Positions 38,477 to 51,175 of a DNA stretch of 64,000 bases are shown piece after piece. The DNA comes from Octopus sinensis (taxonomy: Eukaryota), in assembly GCF_006345805.1 (NCBI RefSeq), contig NC_042998.1:143034001-143098000 (forward strand), in the 5' to 3' direction. The first letter of the stretch is position 1. Every line of letters begins with the position of its first letter. The position numbers were made by a program, and so were the translations under genes. A model generated the notes under the pieces. It saw only the letters and a program-made list of their open reading frames with translations, made no database searches and was not told where the DNA came from.

Positions 38477-39705
38477 CAGACATAACAGGAGTAAATAGAC
38501 ACCCTTATAATCATTAAAATTTATTTAAATCTGGAATTATACATTCTAATTATTTATTAATTATTATAATGTGAATATCTAATATTTACTAGACATGTCC
38601 CTTTGCATTTTTCAATTCGAGGACCCTACTAGGCATGCTGCTAATCAGATGACAAATATTCTCTTGAGGAATTTCTTGCCAAGTTTCATGCAGTAATCTC
38701 AAAAGATCTGGCTTTGAGGATACTTTCTTGTTTTTTTTACAAAGTGTCCTGTCCATTACAACCCAGAAATGTTCAATAGGGTTCATATCTGGTGACTGGC
38801 TTGGCCATGGAAGCTTTTTAATGCCATTCTCTTCCAACCAATCTTGGGTCATTTTAGCCATGTGACAAAGAGCCATATCTTTCATAAATAGCCCTCTTTA
38901 ATAATTTTACCACTGGAGAAGATTGGAAGGAGTCCTTTCTGTAATATGGACACATATTTATCTGAGTTTGTTTCCCTCACACTCTACAAGCTCTGGTCAA
39001 CCATTGCTCCAAATTGCTCCCCAGACCATCACAGAATAGCTGCTGTGTTTCGTTGTTGGCTGCAATCTTTTCACAACAAATTCTTGATCACAGAGTCTCT
39101 AGATCCACACTTGACCACTGTCAGAAAATACAGACTCATCAGGGAATATGACAGCATCCCAAAATGCTAGTGGCTTCTCCACCATCTCACTGGCCCAATT
39201 TTTTCTCTGCTTGATAATGGCTGGTCGAAGAAGTGGCTTCCTTCTTACTGCTCTGCCATAGTAGCCAAGTTTGTGGTGATACCTGACAGCTCTTCTGGGA
39301 CTGACATCAACTTGTTCTGCTATGTCAGAGGCCTTGCAACAAGGGTTATCCTCCACACTTTTTTTTAACAAAGTGAAGGGTCCTGTCAGAGGACCCTGGT
39401 TGACCTGGGTTATGTGATGTGTACTCCTTCCCTTCTCTGGTGAATTGCACAATCACTCTATTAACTGTAGGATCCTAAGGTTTCCTGCAATTTTAAGCTG
39501 ACTAATCCACCTTCAGATTGACCCACAATATGGTCCCTTTAAAATTCAGACAGTTCCAAGGCTTCTTTTGTACATGACATGATTAAAAAATCACTTATAG
39601 AACCTGAAGCATAAAAATGTCAATTAATAAAAAATATAAACCTTTTCAAGTTAAAATAAACATAAGCAATGTTTTATGGGTGTCTATTTACTTCTGTCAT
39701 GTGTG
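38477..39705 (-). mobile_element. Tc1-family (DD34E) transposon, degenerate, within an intron
   Basis: 28-bp TIRs CAGACATAACAGGAGTAAATAGACACCC and GGGTGTCTATTTACTTCTGTCATGTGTG, with TA on the left. Motifs RRKPLL, VIFPDES and WPSQSPDMNPIEHFW. Confidence 0.9.
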
Positions 39706-40299
39706 TGTGTGTCCAGATGTATATCTATTTATATGTGTATCCATTTATACATATAGTTTATATATCATGAGGCTTTCTTAGAGCTGGATTTTTTACAGGG
39801 AGCATGCCCTTGCTTACCCCCAACCTCAGTTTCTAGACATGAGTGATCCCGAGACCAAGGCTTCTGCCACAACTTTTAAGAAATGTGGTGGAAAACTAGC
39901 TCAGGAAGGTAGGGATGCTGTTCCCTGAGAGCCCTTTCGGAGCCCCTCTACCGGGCAAGATGAGGAGATGGTGTGAGAGCAGTTGCTATGGCATTGAGGT
40001 AGACTCCACCCCTTAACAAGGACAAAACCCGGATTTAAAACACTAGATGATGATGATTTATATATATCCAGATGTATATCCATTTATACATATCACTGCA
40101 TTCATGCTTATGCTTATCTCTACTTGTGAAAATGTCATACCTACCTTATGAAACATTTAACAGAAAGCCTATTAATGTTAGTACCCCATGTTTTCATACT
40201 GTATTATTTTCCAAAAGAGCATGTTGATGAAATATTTGAATATTTAATGGTGCTAATACTTTGATGACAATGTCTATATATTTTACATTTCCATCCTAG

Positions 40300-40465
40300 A
40301 TTGCATCTGTCAAAGAGTATCCTGAGGCCAAAGCAGAACTAGAGAAACTTGAAGAAAAAGTGTTCAATTGGACCCTTAAGATCCATGATGTATGTGTTAA
40401 AATTCTTGATGAAGAAGAAATCTTGGCAAAAACACAGATTGATGGCATTCTTAAGCAAGTACAAG
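40300..40465 (+). CDS. JMY: JMY/WHAMM coding exon 4
   Basis: CATCCTAG|ATT...CAAG|GTTGGT. Encodes IASVKEYPEAKAELEKLEEKVFNWTLKIHDVCVKILDEEEILAKTQIDGILKQVQ. Phase 0 to 1. Confidence 0.87.
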
Positions 40466-42053
40466 GTTGGTTTGTTTCATCATCTTGTTTACTCAGGATG
40501 GGAAATGTTAAGGTTGTATTTGAGGATTATATTTCAATAGTCTTGACTATTGAAAAGGTTGCAAGATGCATAAAAAATTTTAGGAAAATAAAAATAAGAA
40601 ATAAGTGCAAATTTTACCGGTGAGTGTGTTAAATTATAAGGCATAAAAAGAAAATGACTCTCCCCAGACACAACAGAATTTGCTTCAACACACGAACTCT
40701 AAAGAATCTTGCAAACCAAATCCAAAAACGAAATTATGTGATAAATTAATTGTAAATATTGGTGTTACATCTAGTATTTATCTGTACGAACTCTTATCAT
40801 ATTATTATAAGGAAAATGATTTAGCTAAAGATTTATTTGCATACACTTTATGAAGTTATACTCAAGCTTTTGTCAACGAGAGAATACAGTCAACCCAGTA
40901 TGAAGAAACGAAATAACATTCTTAAGATAAACATGACTTCCTAATTTCACTTTCAGATATCCTCACCTTGCTATTAAAAACACATTTTCTTAACCTTTTT
41001 AAACTGTCTTAAACATACATGCCAAACACCGTTATGAGTGTATATTACTTCTAACAATCTGTTTACACCTCATTACTTCTAGCATTCTGTCTACACCCCA
41101 CAACTAAATGATTGATAACTTGACATAACCACCAACATCCACACCATTATACTTTTGATCTGATTAACTTTTTTTTTTATTTAAAAAACTCTTTTGACAA
41201 GAATCAATCATGAAGTCTTGAGCCCTGCAAATTTCTTTGTAAAAAAGTTTATTATCACAAATAATATTACAAATGTTATAAATATGCAAAACCAGGTTAC
41301 CGAGAAATGATTACTTTCCTTACAAAGATTTCTACCCAATTTCTACACTTGTCACCTACTATTCCTTCTTTATCACTCCTTACTACCTGTTCTTCATTTT
41401 ATTCACCCTCTCACCCACACTTCCAGTTTTTCTGTCCCCATTCAGTTCTACTCGTTTTGTATCTTGAGGGTCTATCCTGACACCTCATCACCACAATGTT
41501 TACCTTTCTCCAGCTCCATCCTGACTGCTCTCACCTATTTCTTTATTATGTGTGTAGCCATGTAGCAGGTGGGTGGGTCCGTCCATTCATCCACCCATGT
41601 CTTGATATCATGAGATGGTTGTAAACAAGCATCATTGTCATACAACTGGTGTTATTTGTTTCCACACTTCTGTGGAAAACGTGCCTGGCCATGGGGAAAT
41701 ATTACCTTATTTGGAAACAGGTGAGGATTGGTGACTAGGAGGGCATCTGACTGTAGAATAATATGCCTCAACAGATTCCATTTGACCTGAGCAAGGCTGG
41801 AAAAGTGGATGTTAAAATGATGATGATGATCATGAGAAACTTAAGAGCAGAGAAGCAGATGTGACATGTAGGGTACAATCATTAAGTTCTGGAAAACTTA
41901 GTTATATAAATGTTAGCATGGCTAATGAAAGTCACTCTGGGAGTTGAAGGTATAAAAAGGTCCTTTTTTTGTTTCTTTTTATAAAAGTAATAATGAATTT
42001 TATGTGATGACAGTCACACTATACTTACACACATTTTTTTTCTGATTGGTCAG

Positions 42054-42220
42054 ATGAAGAAGAAGCTGGTGTTTTCTATGATGCATTTGAAGATGCAGAA
42101 AGTTTGAAAGATTATGATGAACCAATGACTACAGGAGCAGTATCTAACCCGCACTTGCAGCATCTAAAAAGTCAGATAAACCGTATCCAACAGAAGAAAG
42201 CGTCTTTTCGAAACAAAAAG
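42054..42220 (+). CDS. JMY: JMY/WHAMM coding exon 5 (GC donor)
   Basis: GGTCAG|AT...AAG|GCAAGT. Encodes DEEEAGVFYDAFED...IQQKKASFRNKK (compare JMY VVYYDTYE and KKSYLRNKK). Phase 1 to 0. Confidence 0.85.
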
Positions 42221-42406
42221 GCAAGTTTTTTTTCTTTTATTCACTGCAAAATCAAAGTTGGTCAAGTTCATAAGTTCAGTTACAATGACTTAGACTGCAG
42301 GGATTTTATTTATTTTTGTAGGCTATAAGGGGCAATAGGAATGTAGGAATAAGGAACAATACCCATAGTTTTTGCAGCCTCTCTGAGACCAGTGAGAATT
42401 GTTACA

Positions 42407-42891
42407 CTATGTAACAAAATTAAAATTTTTTTTTTTTTGTCTTTGGTCAGTAAGTGTTATTTCCTATTTGTTTATATCTAGAAATCAATGGAAATAACTA
42501 TTTTTCCCTTCAAACTTTGCTTTTGTGACCTGGACATCAATGTTTTGAAACTGACTTATTTTCCATTAGATTTCAGATAGCTTCAGCACTGAGTTGATGG
42601 AGCAGAAATATCATTATAGCTAATATTCTGCTCAACCACAGATTTGCTTGTCAGTTGTTTGACTTTAATCACTTGAGCATGTTTCTTAGTGGTGGACAGT
42701 ATGTGCATCTCTGATTGTGAACAGGAGTAGTGGGGGAGCATCATAGCCATGTGTTGAAAGGGTTTCTTTGAGATTTAAATAAATGTAAGAAAAGCAAAAT
42801 TTGTAGAAAATATTAGCCATTTTCCATACTTTCTAGTGGTAAGCAGAGGAAATAACAGTTACTACCCAAGGACAAAAATCGTGTTACACAG
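42407..42891. mobile_element. MITE, second copy of the 21626-22093 family
   Basis: Same TIRs and internal sequence (CCACAGATTTGC...GGGGGAGCATC). Confidence 0.75.
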
Positions 42892-44204
42892 AGTTATTAT
42901 TTTAATTCAACTTTCCTAAGCAATGCTTTGAATGAACTTGATATCAACCAAGGTGACATTTTGCTTTTCACTGCATCAAATAATTATAACTTCCAGTATT
43001 TAATCACATTATTATGGGTGTGGTAGTGTTTTTGCCTGTATAATTTCATATTACTGCTACAACTGTTTTCAAAGCTGAATTATATCGTCATTTATAACTA
43101 ATAAACTGTAATATTATTGTTTTTGTTGACATTCTGACCAGTTGCTCTGCACTTTCAAATATCTGTGAATTATAAACATCATCATCATCAACCCCCTAGA
43201 CATTACTATCTCAAGTATTAGGACTCGTAAGGCTAAACACCTGGTTTTCATAGCATATATGTGACCAAGATCACCACATTTCACCTGAACAGAAAGCTAG
43301 TTGCAGGGTTACACATTTACAACTAAGTAAACTGGAATAATGTGAAATGAAGTGTTTTACTCAAGAACACAAGCACTGTCCAGTTTGGGAATTGAAACTG
43401 CGATTTTGTGATTGTGAGTGCAACACTCTAACCACTAGGCCATGTGGTTTTACAATACAAAAAATATTAAAAATCCCATTCCTGAAAAACTGGTAAGATT
43501 TGTCAACAGGGAGAGTATCTGACCTAAAACACTCTCTCAAATAACCCCTTCCCCTGTTCAATTCATAATAGCTTTAAAGAAATGAATGAACTTTGTGCCT
43601 CATTGCATGAGAACTTGATTTGATTTGAGAAGAATTCATCATGAAATATTTAGTATACTGACCTACTTCTTAATTCTATAGTTTAGTTCACCAAATCACT
43701 GTCCCACTTTAAAATCCAACATAGTGAGTTTGTTTCAATTATATTATGTAATTAGCTTACTAACCGTAGCAATTGCCAAAATCTGTTTTCCCTAAGGAAA
43801 AATTTGACAGTTGTATTAGAATGTTAAGTGGCTTATAAACAAGCTACTTATTGTCTTGCTCAAAAATAATAGTTTCAATCTTTCCTGCACTGATTGATTA
43901 GAGAAGTAAATAAAGTTTGTTTGCTTTTTAAAATAAAAATGTCTCTAGAGACCTTATATTTGATTTGTAAGCTAGAAAACCTTTCAAATTTTATTTATAT
44001 ACTGCCGTGAAATGTAATTTTCCCCTAATGACTACCAATTAAAAATGTAGGTTAGCATAAAATATATGGGTGGTCATTGCTCTTTGCACTTGACTCTAAC
44101 TAGTTTCCATCATTCGACTGTGGCCATGCTGGTGCACTGCCTTGAGGGGTTTAGCTGATCAAATTGAAAAGAACAAGCAAAAATGGATCTATCATGTCAC
44201 AGTA

Positions 44205-44592
44205 TTTAATGCCTTCATTGCCATATTTCTGTTAAAATACACTGCCTTTGTTTCAATTTTAATTTTGAAAATAATGAAGTATTTTATAAAATAACTGTAT
44301 CATTATTAAAGTGATGTTTGGAAAATAAATTAGCATGAAATTTTGATGGAAGGTTTTAATTTAGACCACTTTAACCTTTTTATCGTCATATTTCTGTTAA
44401 ACTAAACTACCTTTGTTTCAATTCATTTTGACAATAATAAAGAATTTAGGATAATAAATATGTCAATAATAAGTTGGTGTTTGGGACCTAGATTAACACG
44501 AAATTTTAATAGGTGTAAATTTAGATCACTTTAAAATAAGGAATTTGTATCAATGAACTATGGTTAATCTCAGACAAATTGATAAAGGTTAA
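44205..44592. mobile_element. AT-rich MITE-like repeat with an internal tandem duplication
   Basis: CATATTTCTGTTAAA...TTTAGA(C/T)CACTTTAA occurs twice. Related copies at about 25600-25960 (-), 27600-27730, 46215-46530 and 63953-64000. Confidence 0.55.
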
Positions 44593-45528
44593 AGACAATA
44601 GGTGAATGGTATTAGTACAGTTGACACTAGGAGAATAGACTAGATTATGGAGCAGACTAAAAATGAGTTAGGGTGACAACTTCACCTGCTACTTGGGATC
44701 TACATGGACAGGAATGACCGGAGCTAAATGTTGGTGAAGACACCTAAAAGAGGATCCCTCTTCAGGAGTAATGCTAGCACTGGAACTTAACAACAAATAA
44801 CAGCGGACCAATGCAATAAAGTAAACAAAGCTGAAATATTTTTATATTTAATCAAGGTCATCACTTTAGAATGTTAATGATGTCTTTGATTGAAAATACA
44901 TCTGGTAGACTAATTAGTAATTTACTTATTGTTAAATTTTAATATTACATTGTGTGCACCAGACATGGCTGTGTGGTTAAGAAGTTTGCTTAGCAACTAC
45001 ATGATTTCAGGTTCAGTCCTAGCATATGGTTGATTGGGCTGTGTATTCCACTAGACATCCTTTTAGGCCTCAAACCATTGGTCCAGCAGAACATTGAACG
45101 TATGACAACTGGAGAGGAAGTGAGGGCTGTGCCAACAGTCAGCTGATTCTCATTTTCAGCTGACCAGACTGAAGCAATGGGAAATGTAGTACTTTGCCCA
45201 AAGACACAATGTACACCCAGTTCAGGAATTGAACCCAAGACCTTATGATCACACACATTCACAATAGGCTTCTTTCAGTTTCCATCTATCAAATCCACTT
45301 ATAAGGCATTGGTTGATCTCTGGGGCTATAATAGAAGACACATGCTCATGGTGTTATGAAGTGTGGGATTGAACCCAAGACCACATAGTTAGCAAACAAG
45401 CTTATTAACCAGACAGCCATGTTTAGTCTAAGTGATCTCTGACATTTTGGCTGGCTCGCCTTTGCCACTTTGCTACTTATAACTAATTGAACTGTTTTGT
45501 TGATTAATAATTGTCTTTGCTGCTGCAG

Positions 45529-45615
45529 GTATTGTTACTGAAACAAAAACAACAAAAAGATGAAGAAAAAACTAAGATGGAGGTCCATTACCAGCAACAT
45601 CACACAATACAGCTT
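45529..45615 (+). CDS. JMY: JMY/WHAMM coding exon 6
   Basis: CTGCAG|GTA...CTT|GTAAGT. Encodes VLLLKQKQQKDEEKTKMEVHYQQHHTIQL (compare JMY HHTVQL). Phase 0 to 0. Confidence 0.87.
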
Positions 45616-46598
45616 GTAAGTCTAGTTCTACCCTATCCCCCCTACTCTCGCCTGTCTTCACTCTTTTGCTGCTTCCACTTTCTCTCTGTCTTCTCATTCC
45701 TCTTATTTGTGTCCTCTTTCTTCTTTTCTCTTGTCTGTGTGTGTGTGTTTCCTTTTCTGACTCTATAAATCTATGTATGTCATCATTGTCATCGTCGTCA
45801 TTATCATTATCATCATCATCATCACTGTTGTCAGCATCATTATCATTATCATCTTTGTTGAAATGTCTACTTTCTCATGCTTGCATGTGTCAGAAGGAAT
45901 TCATTGAGGCAAATTTTCTTAGGCAGGATGCCCTTCCTACCAGAAACCCTCATCTGCTTCCAAATATTTTTTCCTTGGCTGATTATGTGCTTATGGGAAA
46001 TTGAAAATGGACAAGCATCATTTGTAAGACAGTGATTTTTGATCACAATGATTGCATGATGACAAGACAATGACACACACACACACTCTCTCTCTCTCAT
46101 ATATATATATTTATATATATATATATATATATATATGATGTGTTTCTTTCAGTTTCTGTCACTTGCCCAAGGTGTCATGCAACTGTCTTCTACAATAGCC
46201 TATTGATCACTCGAGCCCTTTTGTTACCATATTTCTTTTCTACTATACTGTCTTTGTTTCAATTAATTTTGTCAATAATAAAGAATTTATTTAAATAATT
46301 TTGTCGTTATTGAGCTGATGTTTGGAATATCAGGGGGCGGTGTTTGTATTAGAAGGGTTAATACAAGAAAGGCCATATTGGATGACATAGTACTGGATAT
46401 GCTTTGTTTGGTACTAAGCTCGTATTTGGAACATGGATAAACATGAAATTTTGTTGGTAAGTTTTAATTTGGATCACTTTAAAATGGAAAGTTTGTATTG
46501 TAGAATCAAGAATGGTCTCAAGCAGCTTAGAACATTCCAAAGTCTTTAAATTATTCAGTAACAGTTCAATTCCTATAAATTACCTTTTTTATTCACAG

Positions 46599-46694
46599 AA
46601 ACGTCGACAACATAAAGAAGAAGTGGATTCCAAACAGGAATTTATTCAGGAAGAACGCAGAAAAGCCATTAAGCGTCTCCAAGATTATAAGTTG
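46599..46694 (+). CDS. JMY: JMY/WHAMM coding exon 7
   Basis: TTCACAG|AAA...TTG|GTAAGA. Encodes KRRQHKEEVDSKQEFIQEERRKAIKRLQDYKL. Phase 0 to 0. Confidence 0.88.
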
Positions 46695-47519
46695 GTAAGA
46701 ACCTTTTTGCATCCATTCTTTAATCCAATAATTCCTTATCACAATAATTGCTGTTCACTCTCTAGCTTGTATCATGATGACTATTCTGTTATTAAGGCAT
46801 ATTTTTACTTGATATCTGCTGTGTTTCTTTAATAATATTTTTTCATCGTGGTACTATGGAGCTATTATACATTGGCTGCTCCATGACCTTGGGTTTCATA
46901 GACTTAAACCTGCATGGTAACTTTACTAGTACCAGTGATATGAAGAAACCACTCAGTATATTCTAGTTAATGTATCTTTTATCTATCTCTTGTTTCAGTC
47001 GTCGTTTGGCTGTGGCCGTGCTGGGGCACCACCTCGAGGAGTTTTAGTTAAACAAATTGACACTAGGACTGTCTTTAAAGCCTAGTATTTATTCTATTGG
47101 TCTCTTTTGCCAAACCACAGAGGTACAGGGATGTAAACACACCAACACTGATTGTCAAATAGGTAGGGATGGGGCACAAACACACAGCACAAAGTACACA
47201 CACAAATATATATATATGATGGGTTTCCTTCAGCTTCCTTCTACCAAATCCACTCACAGGGCTTTGGTTAGCCTGAGGCTATAGTAGAAGACACTTGCGC
47301 AAGATGCTATGCAGTAGGACTAAACACGGAACCATGCAGCTGAGAAGCAAGCTTCTTATCACACAGCTATGCTTGTGCTTGTATTTAAATTAATATTATG
47401 TTTCTTATCGTTTGCAATTTTCAAATCTGTTTAAAGTTGTGGCAGGGCAGTGGTGGGGTGGGATGGGGGGAAGTGTTTCTATTCTGTTCTGTTCTTTTTA
47501 TTTTTTACTTTTTCTCTAG

Positions 47520-48267
47520 AAATATCCGACACCATCTACAATCAGGCCACACAAGTACCAACCTGCCCACTCACAGAAAAGACCAGTTGCTAATTCCAAC
47601 TCACTAACTGCTTCACCAGACACTCATCCTTTAACACTGAATCTTCCAGAACCTGACAGTAAAAATTCTACTGCTAATCCTCTTAGTCAGTCATGGAGGA
47701 AGCATAACAAGAGAAAACAGCAAACAGATTTTGACATTCAGATATTTCAGTCTGGTGCTGGAGCTGTAAAAGACAGTAAAAGTCTTAGCAAAGAATCAGG
47801 ACTTGGTGAAGAAAAAGCAGTCACCAACGAAGAGAAGTTAATCTCGTCTCCTTCACTGTCTCCGGCTGCGTCGTCATCCACCGCCACCACTTCGCCAGAA
47901 ATCATCTCGGACGTATCACCACCAACAGACATTCTTCCTCCCACACTCACCCCTCAACAAGTCCCCTCTGTGTCATCGGTGCCCCCGCCACCGCCCCCAC
48001 CCCCACCCCCACCTCCTCCGCCCCCTCCGTTACCTCCTCCCACACAACAACAGCAGAAAGCTCCTTCGTCGGCACCTGATAGTAATAACAAAGAGGACAG
48101 AAAGAAAGTATTTATCAAAAAACAAACTGCTTTAAAAGACTTAAATGGACATTCTGCTGACTCTACCAGAGCACCGTCGGTCATTCCAAATCTGGAGAGC
48201 ATTTTAAGTAGTAAGAACCGTCTCAAGCCAGCCAGCCGACACATAAAACCACCACCCCTCAAACAAG
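47520..48267 (+). CDS. JMY: JMY/WHAMM coding exon 8 (Ser/Pro-rich linker, polyproline, WH2-like motif)
   Basis: TCTCTAG|AAA TAT CCG (KYP, compare JMY RYP). Open frame through polyproline to LESILSSKNRLKPA. Donor G|GTACTT. Phase 0 to 1. Confidence 0.87.
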
Positions 48268-48429
48268 GTACTTGTATTCTTTTTTTGTGTTTTCACTTCT
48301 TCACAGAGAAATCAATAATGCTGTTGCTGTTTTTGTTGTTATCATTGTTGTAAACTTCACAGCTTGAGTCACTGTGTAGAACGCCAATGTTCTGAATACA
48401 GTGTGAGTCCACGTAGTTCTGGATATGCT

Positions 48430-48670
48430 GAAGAACCCCTATAGCTTTTGGTACAGTGTAGACTTCAACAGCTTGGGTTAGAATATAGACTCTACAGCTG
48501 TGGCTGCAGTGTAGACCTGCATACTTATGGTCACAGTATAGATCTGTACAGCTTGGTTTGCAATGTAGACCTGTACAGCTTTGGTCATAGAGGAAACTTG
48601 TATAGCTTGGTTTCCAGTATAGACCTCCACAGCTTACATACAGTGTAACCCCGCTCCACAGCCTTGAGTA
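48430..48670. repeat. Degenerate minisatellite, about 27-bp unit (AGTGTAGACCTGTACAGCTTGGTTTGC), about 8 copies
   Basis: TAGAC...CAGCTT recurs at about 27-bp spacing. Confidence 0.7.
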
Positions 48671-48763
48671 CTGGCTATATATATATATATGGATAATAGA
48701 ACGAATGGTTTACACTTGGTAGCTTACTGGTAAAGCACGGTCACTTTCAGAGTGATTGTTAGG

Positions 48764-48964
48764 TAAATAACAAGTGAAAGACACAAGATGGAATATACGA
48801 GAAAATTTATTTATCACCTGACAAGATACGTCTGCACCACTAGTACTCCTGAACCAGTTGTTGAGTGTCCCACCTAAGAGGAGTCGATGCAAGATGTGTC
48901 GAAACAATTGTGATTAATAATAAATTCTGGTATATTCCATCTTCTGTCTTTCATTTGTTATTTA
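48764..48964 (+). mobile_element. Inverted-repeat-flanked degenerate hammerhead element, same family as 13045-13180
   Basis: ATCAC-CTGACAA-GATACGTC...GATGTGTC-GAAACAATTGT-GAT, flanked by about 45-bp inverted repeats at 48764-48810 and 48917-48964. Confidence 0.7.
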
Positions 48965-49171
48965 TATATAGATATGTATATATATTCTTTTACTTGTTTC
49001 AGTCATTTGACTGTGGCAATGCTGGAGCATTGCCTTAAAGGGTTTTATTAGAAGAAATCAAGCCCAGGACTTATTCTTTGTAAGCCTAGTACTTATTCTA
49101 TCAGTCTCTTCTCCTGAACTGCTTGTCAAGTGATGGTGAGGGGACAAACAAAGACACACACACACACACCC

Positions 49172-49636
49172 ATATATTAAAAATGGGGAAGGCTGGTTTA
49201 TGGTATTACCTTAGGTTTCCTGTCCATAAAGGGTTTATCTTTATGGCGTATCATAAGATCCCAAAACCCCGTTGGCTCATGACCTCTTAAAAGTATGGAG
49301 GGAGAAATGCCTCACTGCTCAATGGTAACAATTGGGGATTATCTCCCTTCACTATTGGCTATCAACTTCCAGCCGTGCTGCCATCTTGTGGGCTCCAAAA
49401 ACCTAGCAGGGACTGGATCCCAGAAGATAGCGGCACAGCTGGAAGTGCCTGCAGCAAAAGGAGTAATCCCCAATTGTTACCTTTGAGTAGTGAGGCATTC
49501 CCTGCCACTCCATATTTTTAAGAGATCATGAGCCAACAGGTTTTGGGGATCTGACGATACGCCATAAAGTTAAACCCTTTATGGACGTGAAACCTAAGGT
49601 AATCCCATAAACCAGCCTTCCCCATTTTTAATATAT
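49172..49636. mobile_element. Fold-back element, about 225-bp arms with a 16-nt spacer and a hammerhead in each arm
   Basis: 49172-49397 is the imperfect reverse complement of 49414-49636. It sits in the CA/TA microsatellite of a family B SINE. Confidence 0.85.
49546..49606 (+). ncRNA. Type I hammerhead ribozyme with an intact core, on the sense strand of the last JMY intron
   Basis: GGGAT-CTGACGA-T-ACG-CCATAAAG-TTAAACC-CTTTATGG-A-CGT-GAAA-CCTAAGG-TA-ATCCC. GUA triplet, predicted cleavage after 49601. Confidence 0.78.
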
Positions 49637-49699
49637 ACTGCTCTACATCTTAGAGTGTGCTTTTTCTTTCAGATTTATGTTTTTTACAAACGATATGTT

Positions 49700-49738
<39 letters not shown>

Positions 49739-50697
49739 GATGGGCTTTTTTCAGTTTCCCTCTAGCCAATCCACTCACAAGGCTTTGGCCAGCCCAAGAC
49801 TATGGTAGAAGACACTTGCCCAAAGTGCCATGCAGTGAGCCTGAATCCAGAACCATGTGGTTTGGAAGCAAGCTTCTTAGTACACAGCCACATATGTATA
49901 TATATATATATATTTATATGTGTTTGTATATATGTGTGTATGTGTATACAGTTAGATTTACAACTGCTTCTGGTGAATTTAGAGTATCATCATCCACTCT
50001 AGAGTATAGTGATGTTGTTAATACCATACTTAGCAGTATTACAGGTTATAATATACAGAGCAAATTTAGGACAAAACATGATAAACACAAGATGCTGATT
50101 ATACCATTTGTTGTCAATACAGAGAAGAAACCCAAACATATTGAAAGGTGGTGCCGCAGCATGGCCTCAGCCTCTGGCTGAAACCAGTGAAAGATAAAAG
50201 ATGTATACATCTCTCAAAAATCATCAAAGGCCCTTCCCAAGTTATATAGGCTCATAAGGCCAGTTTCTTGGATTCTGTGGCACATATATTTCCCACCTGG
50301 ATGGGATGCTACTCTGTTGCAGGTTTATTCACTTTCATAGCTTAGTGGACTGGAGCAGTGTGAAATGAAGTGTTTTGCTCATGAACACAACACATTGCAC
50401 AGTTCAAGAATCGAAACCACAATCTTACAATCATGAGTGCAAACCCACACACATGCCATGCTTATTACTCTTAGACTCCAAATTTTGAAAGGTGTGAGTG
50501 TTTATGTATGCATGGTTATGTGTGTATATACCTGCAAATGTATCTCTGTATGTGTGCATATGCTTATATGTGTACTGCATATTTGTATGTTGTACATTTC
50601 TATACCTATTACTGATGTTTGTCTAGTTATAACAGCTAATATATAATTATTACAATTACTAATATTCCCTTTTTTCTTTACTCTTTCATTTTTCTAG

Positions 50698-50915
50698 ATC
50701 CCATGGATGACATTTTAGATATGATCAAGAAAGGCGTCAAGTTACGCCCAACTACAGAACGGGACTCTGGCTGTGAACGTGGTTCTCCTTCACCGATTCC
50801 AAGCGACTCTCATCTGAAACTACTTCAGGAGAGTCTTAACCGAATCAATCGATTGACTCGTGACAGTTCACCTGAGTCTGACGACAGTGATTACGACAAC
50901 TTTGATGATTATTAA
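50698..50915 (+). CDS. JMY: JMY/WHAMM terminal coding exon (WH2 - central - acidic)
   Basis: TTTCTAG|AT. Encodes DPMDDILDMIKKGVKLRPT (WH2), HLKLLQESLNRINRL (central helix) and ESDDSDYDNFDDY before a TAA stop. Phase 1 matches exon 8. Confidence 0.9.
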
Positions 50916-51175
50916 CACCCAGCTGCCTTGTTCCCCCTCCTACCCACCCACTTAAATAACCTGCCATGAACCCTTCTTAGTTTCATTATTTCTGTATCGT
51001 TGTTTTGTCTTTTATTTTTATTATTATTATCATTACTACTATTTAGTTGTTTCCTAAACTCCCAGAGTGGATTTTTATATATTATTTGCAGAATTGAATT
51101 TTATTATTATTATCATTTATTATTATTATTATTATTATTATTATCATTATTATTATTATTATTATTATTATAGCA

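Noticed and set aside
40530-41300. A-rich stretch resembling a decayed retroelement ORF (also about 2950-3240, 16500-17050, 59280-59990 and 61050-61500)
   Set aside because: No diagnostic motif could be read with confidence; needs a BLASTX or HMM search.
47747-48262. Minus-strand Gly-rich ORFs
   Set aside because: Antisense shadows of the polyproline JMY exon.
48430-48670. CRISPR-like periodic repeats (also 36310-36545)
   Set aside because: Contiguous degenerate tandem units without unique spacers, in eukaryotic intronic DNA with no cas genes.
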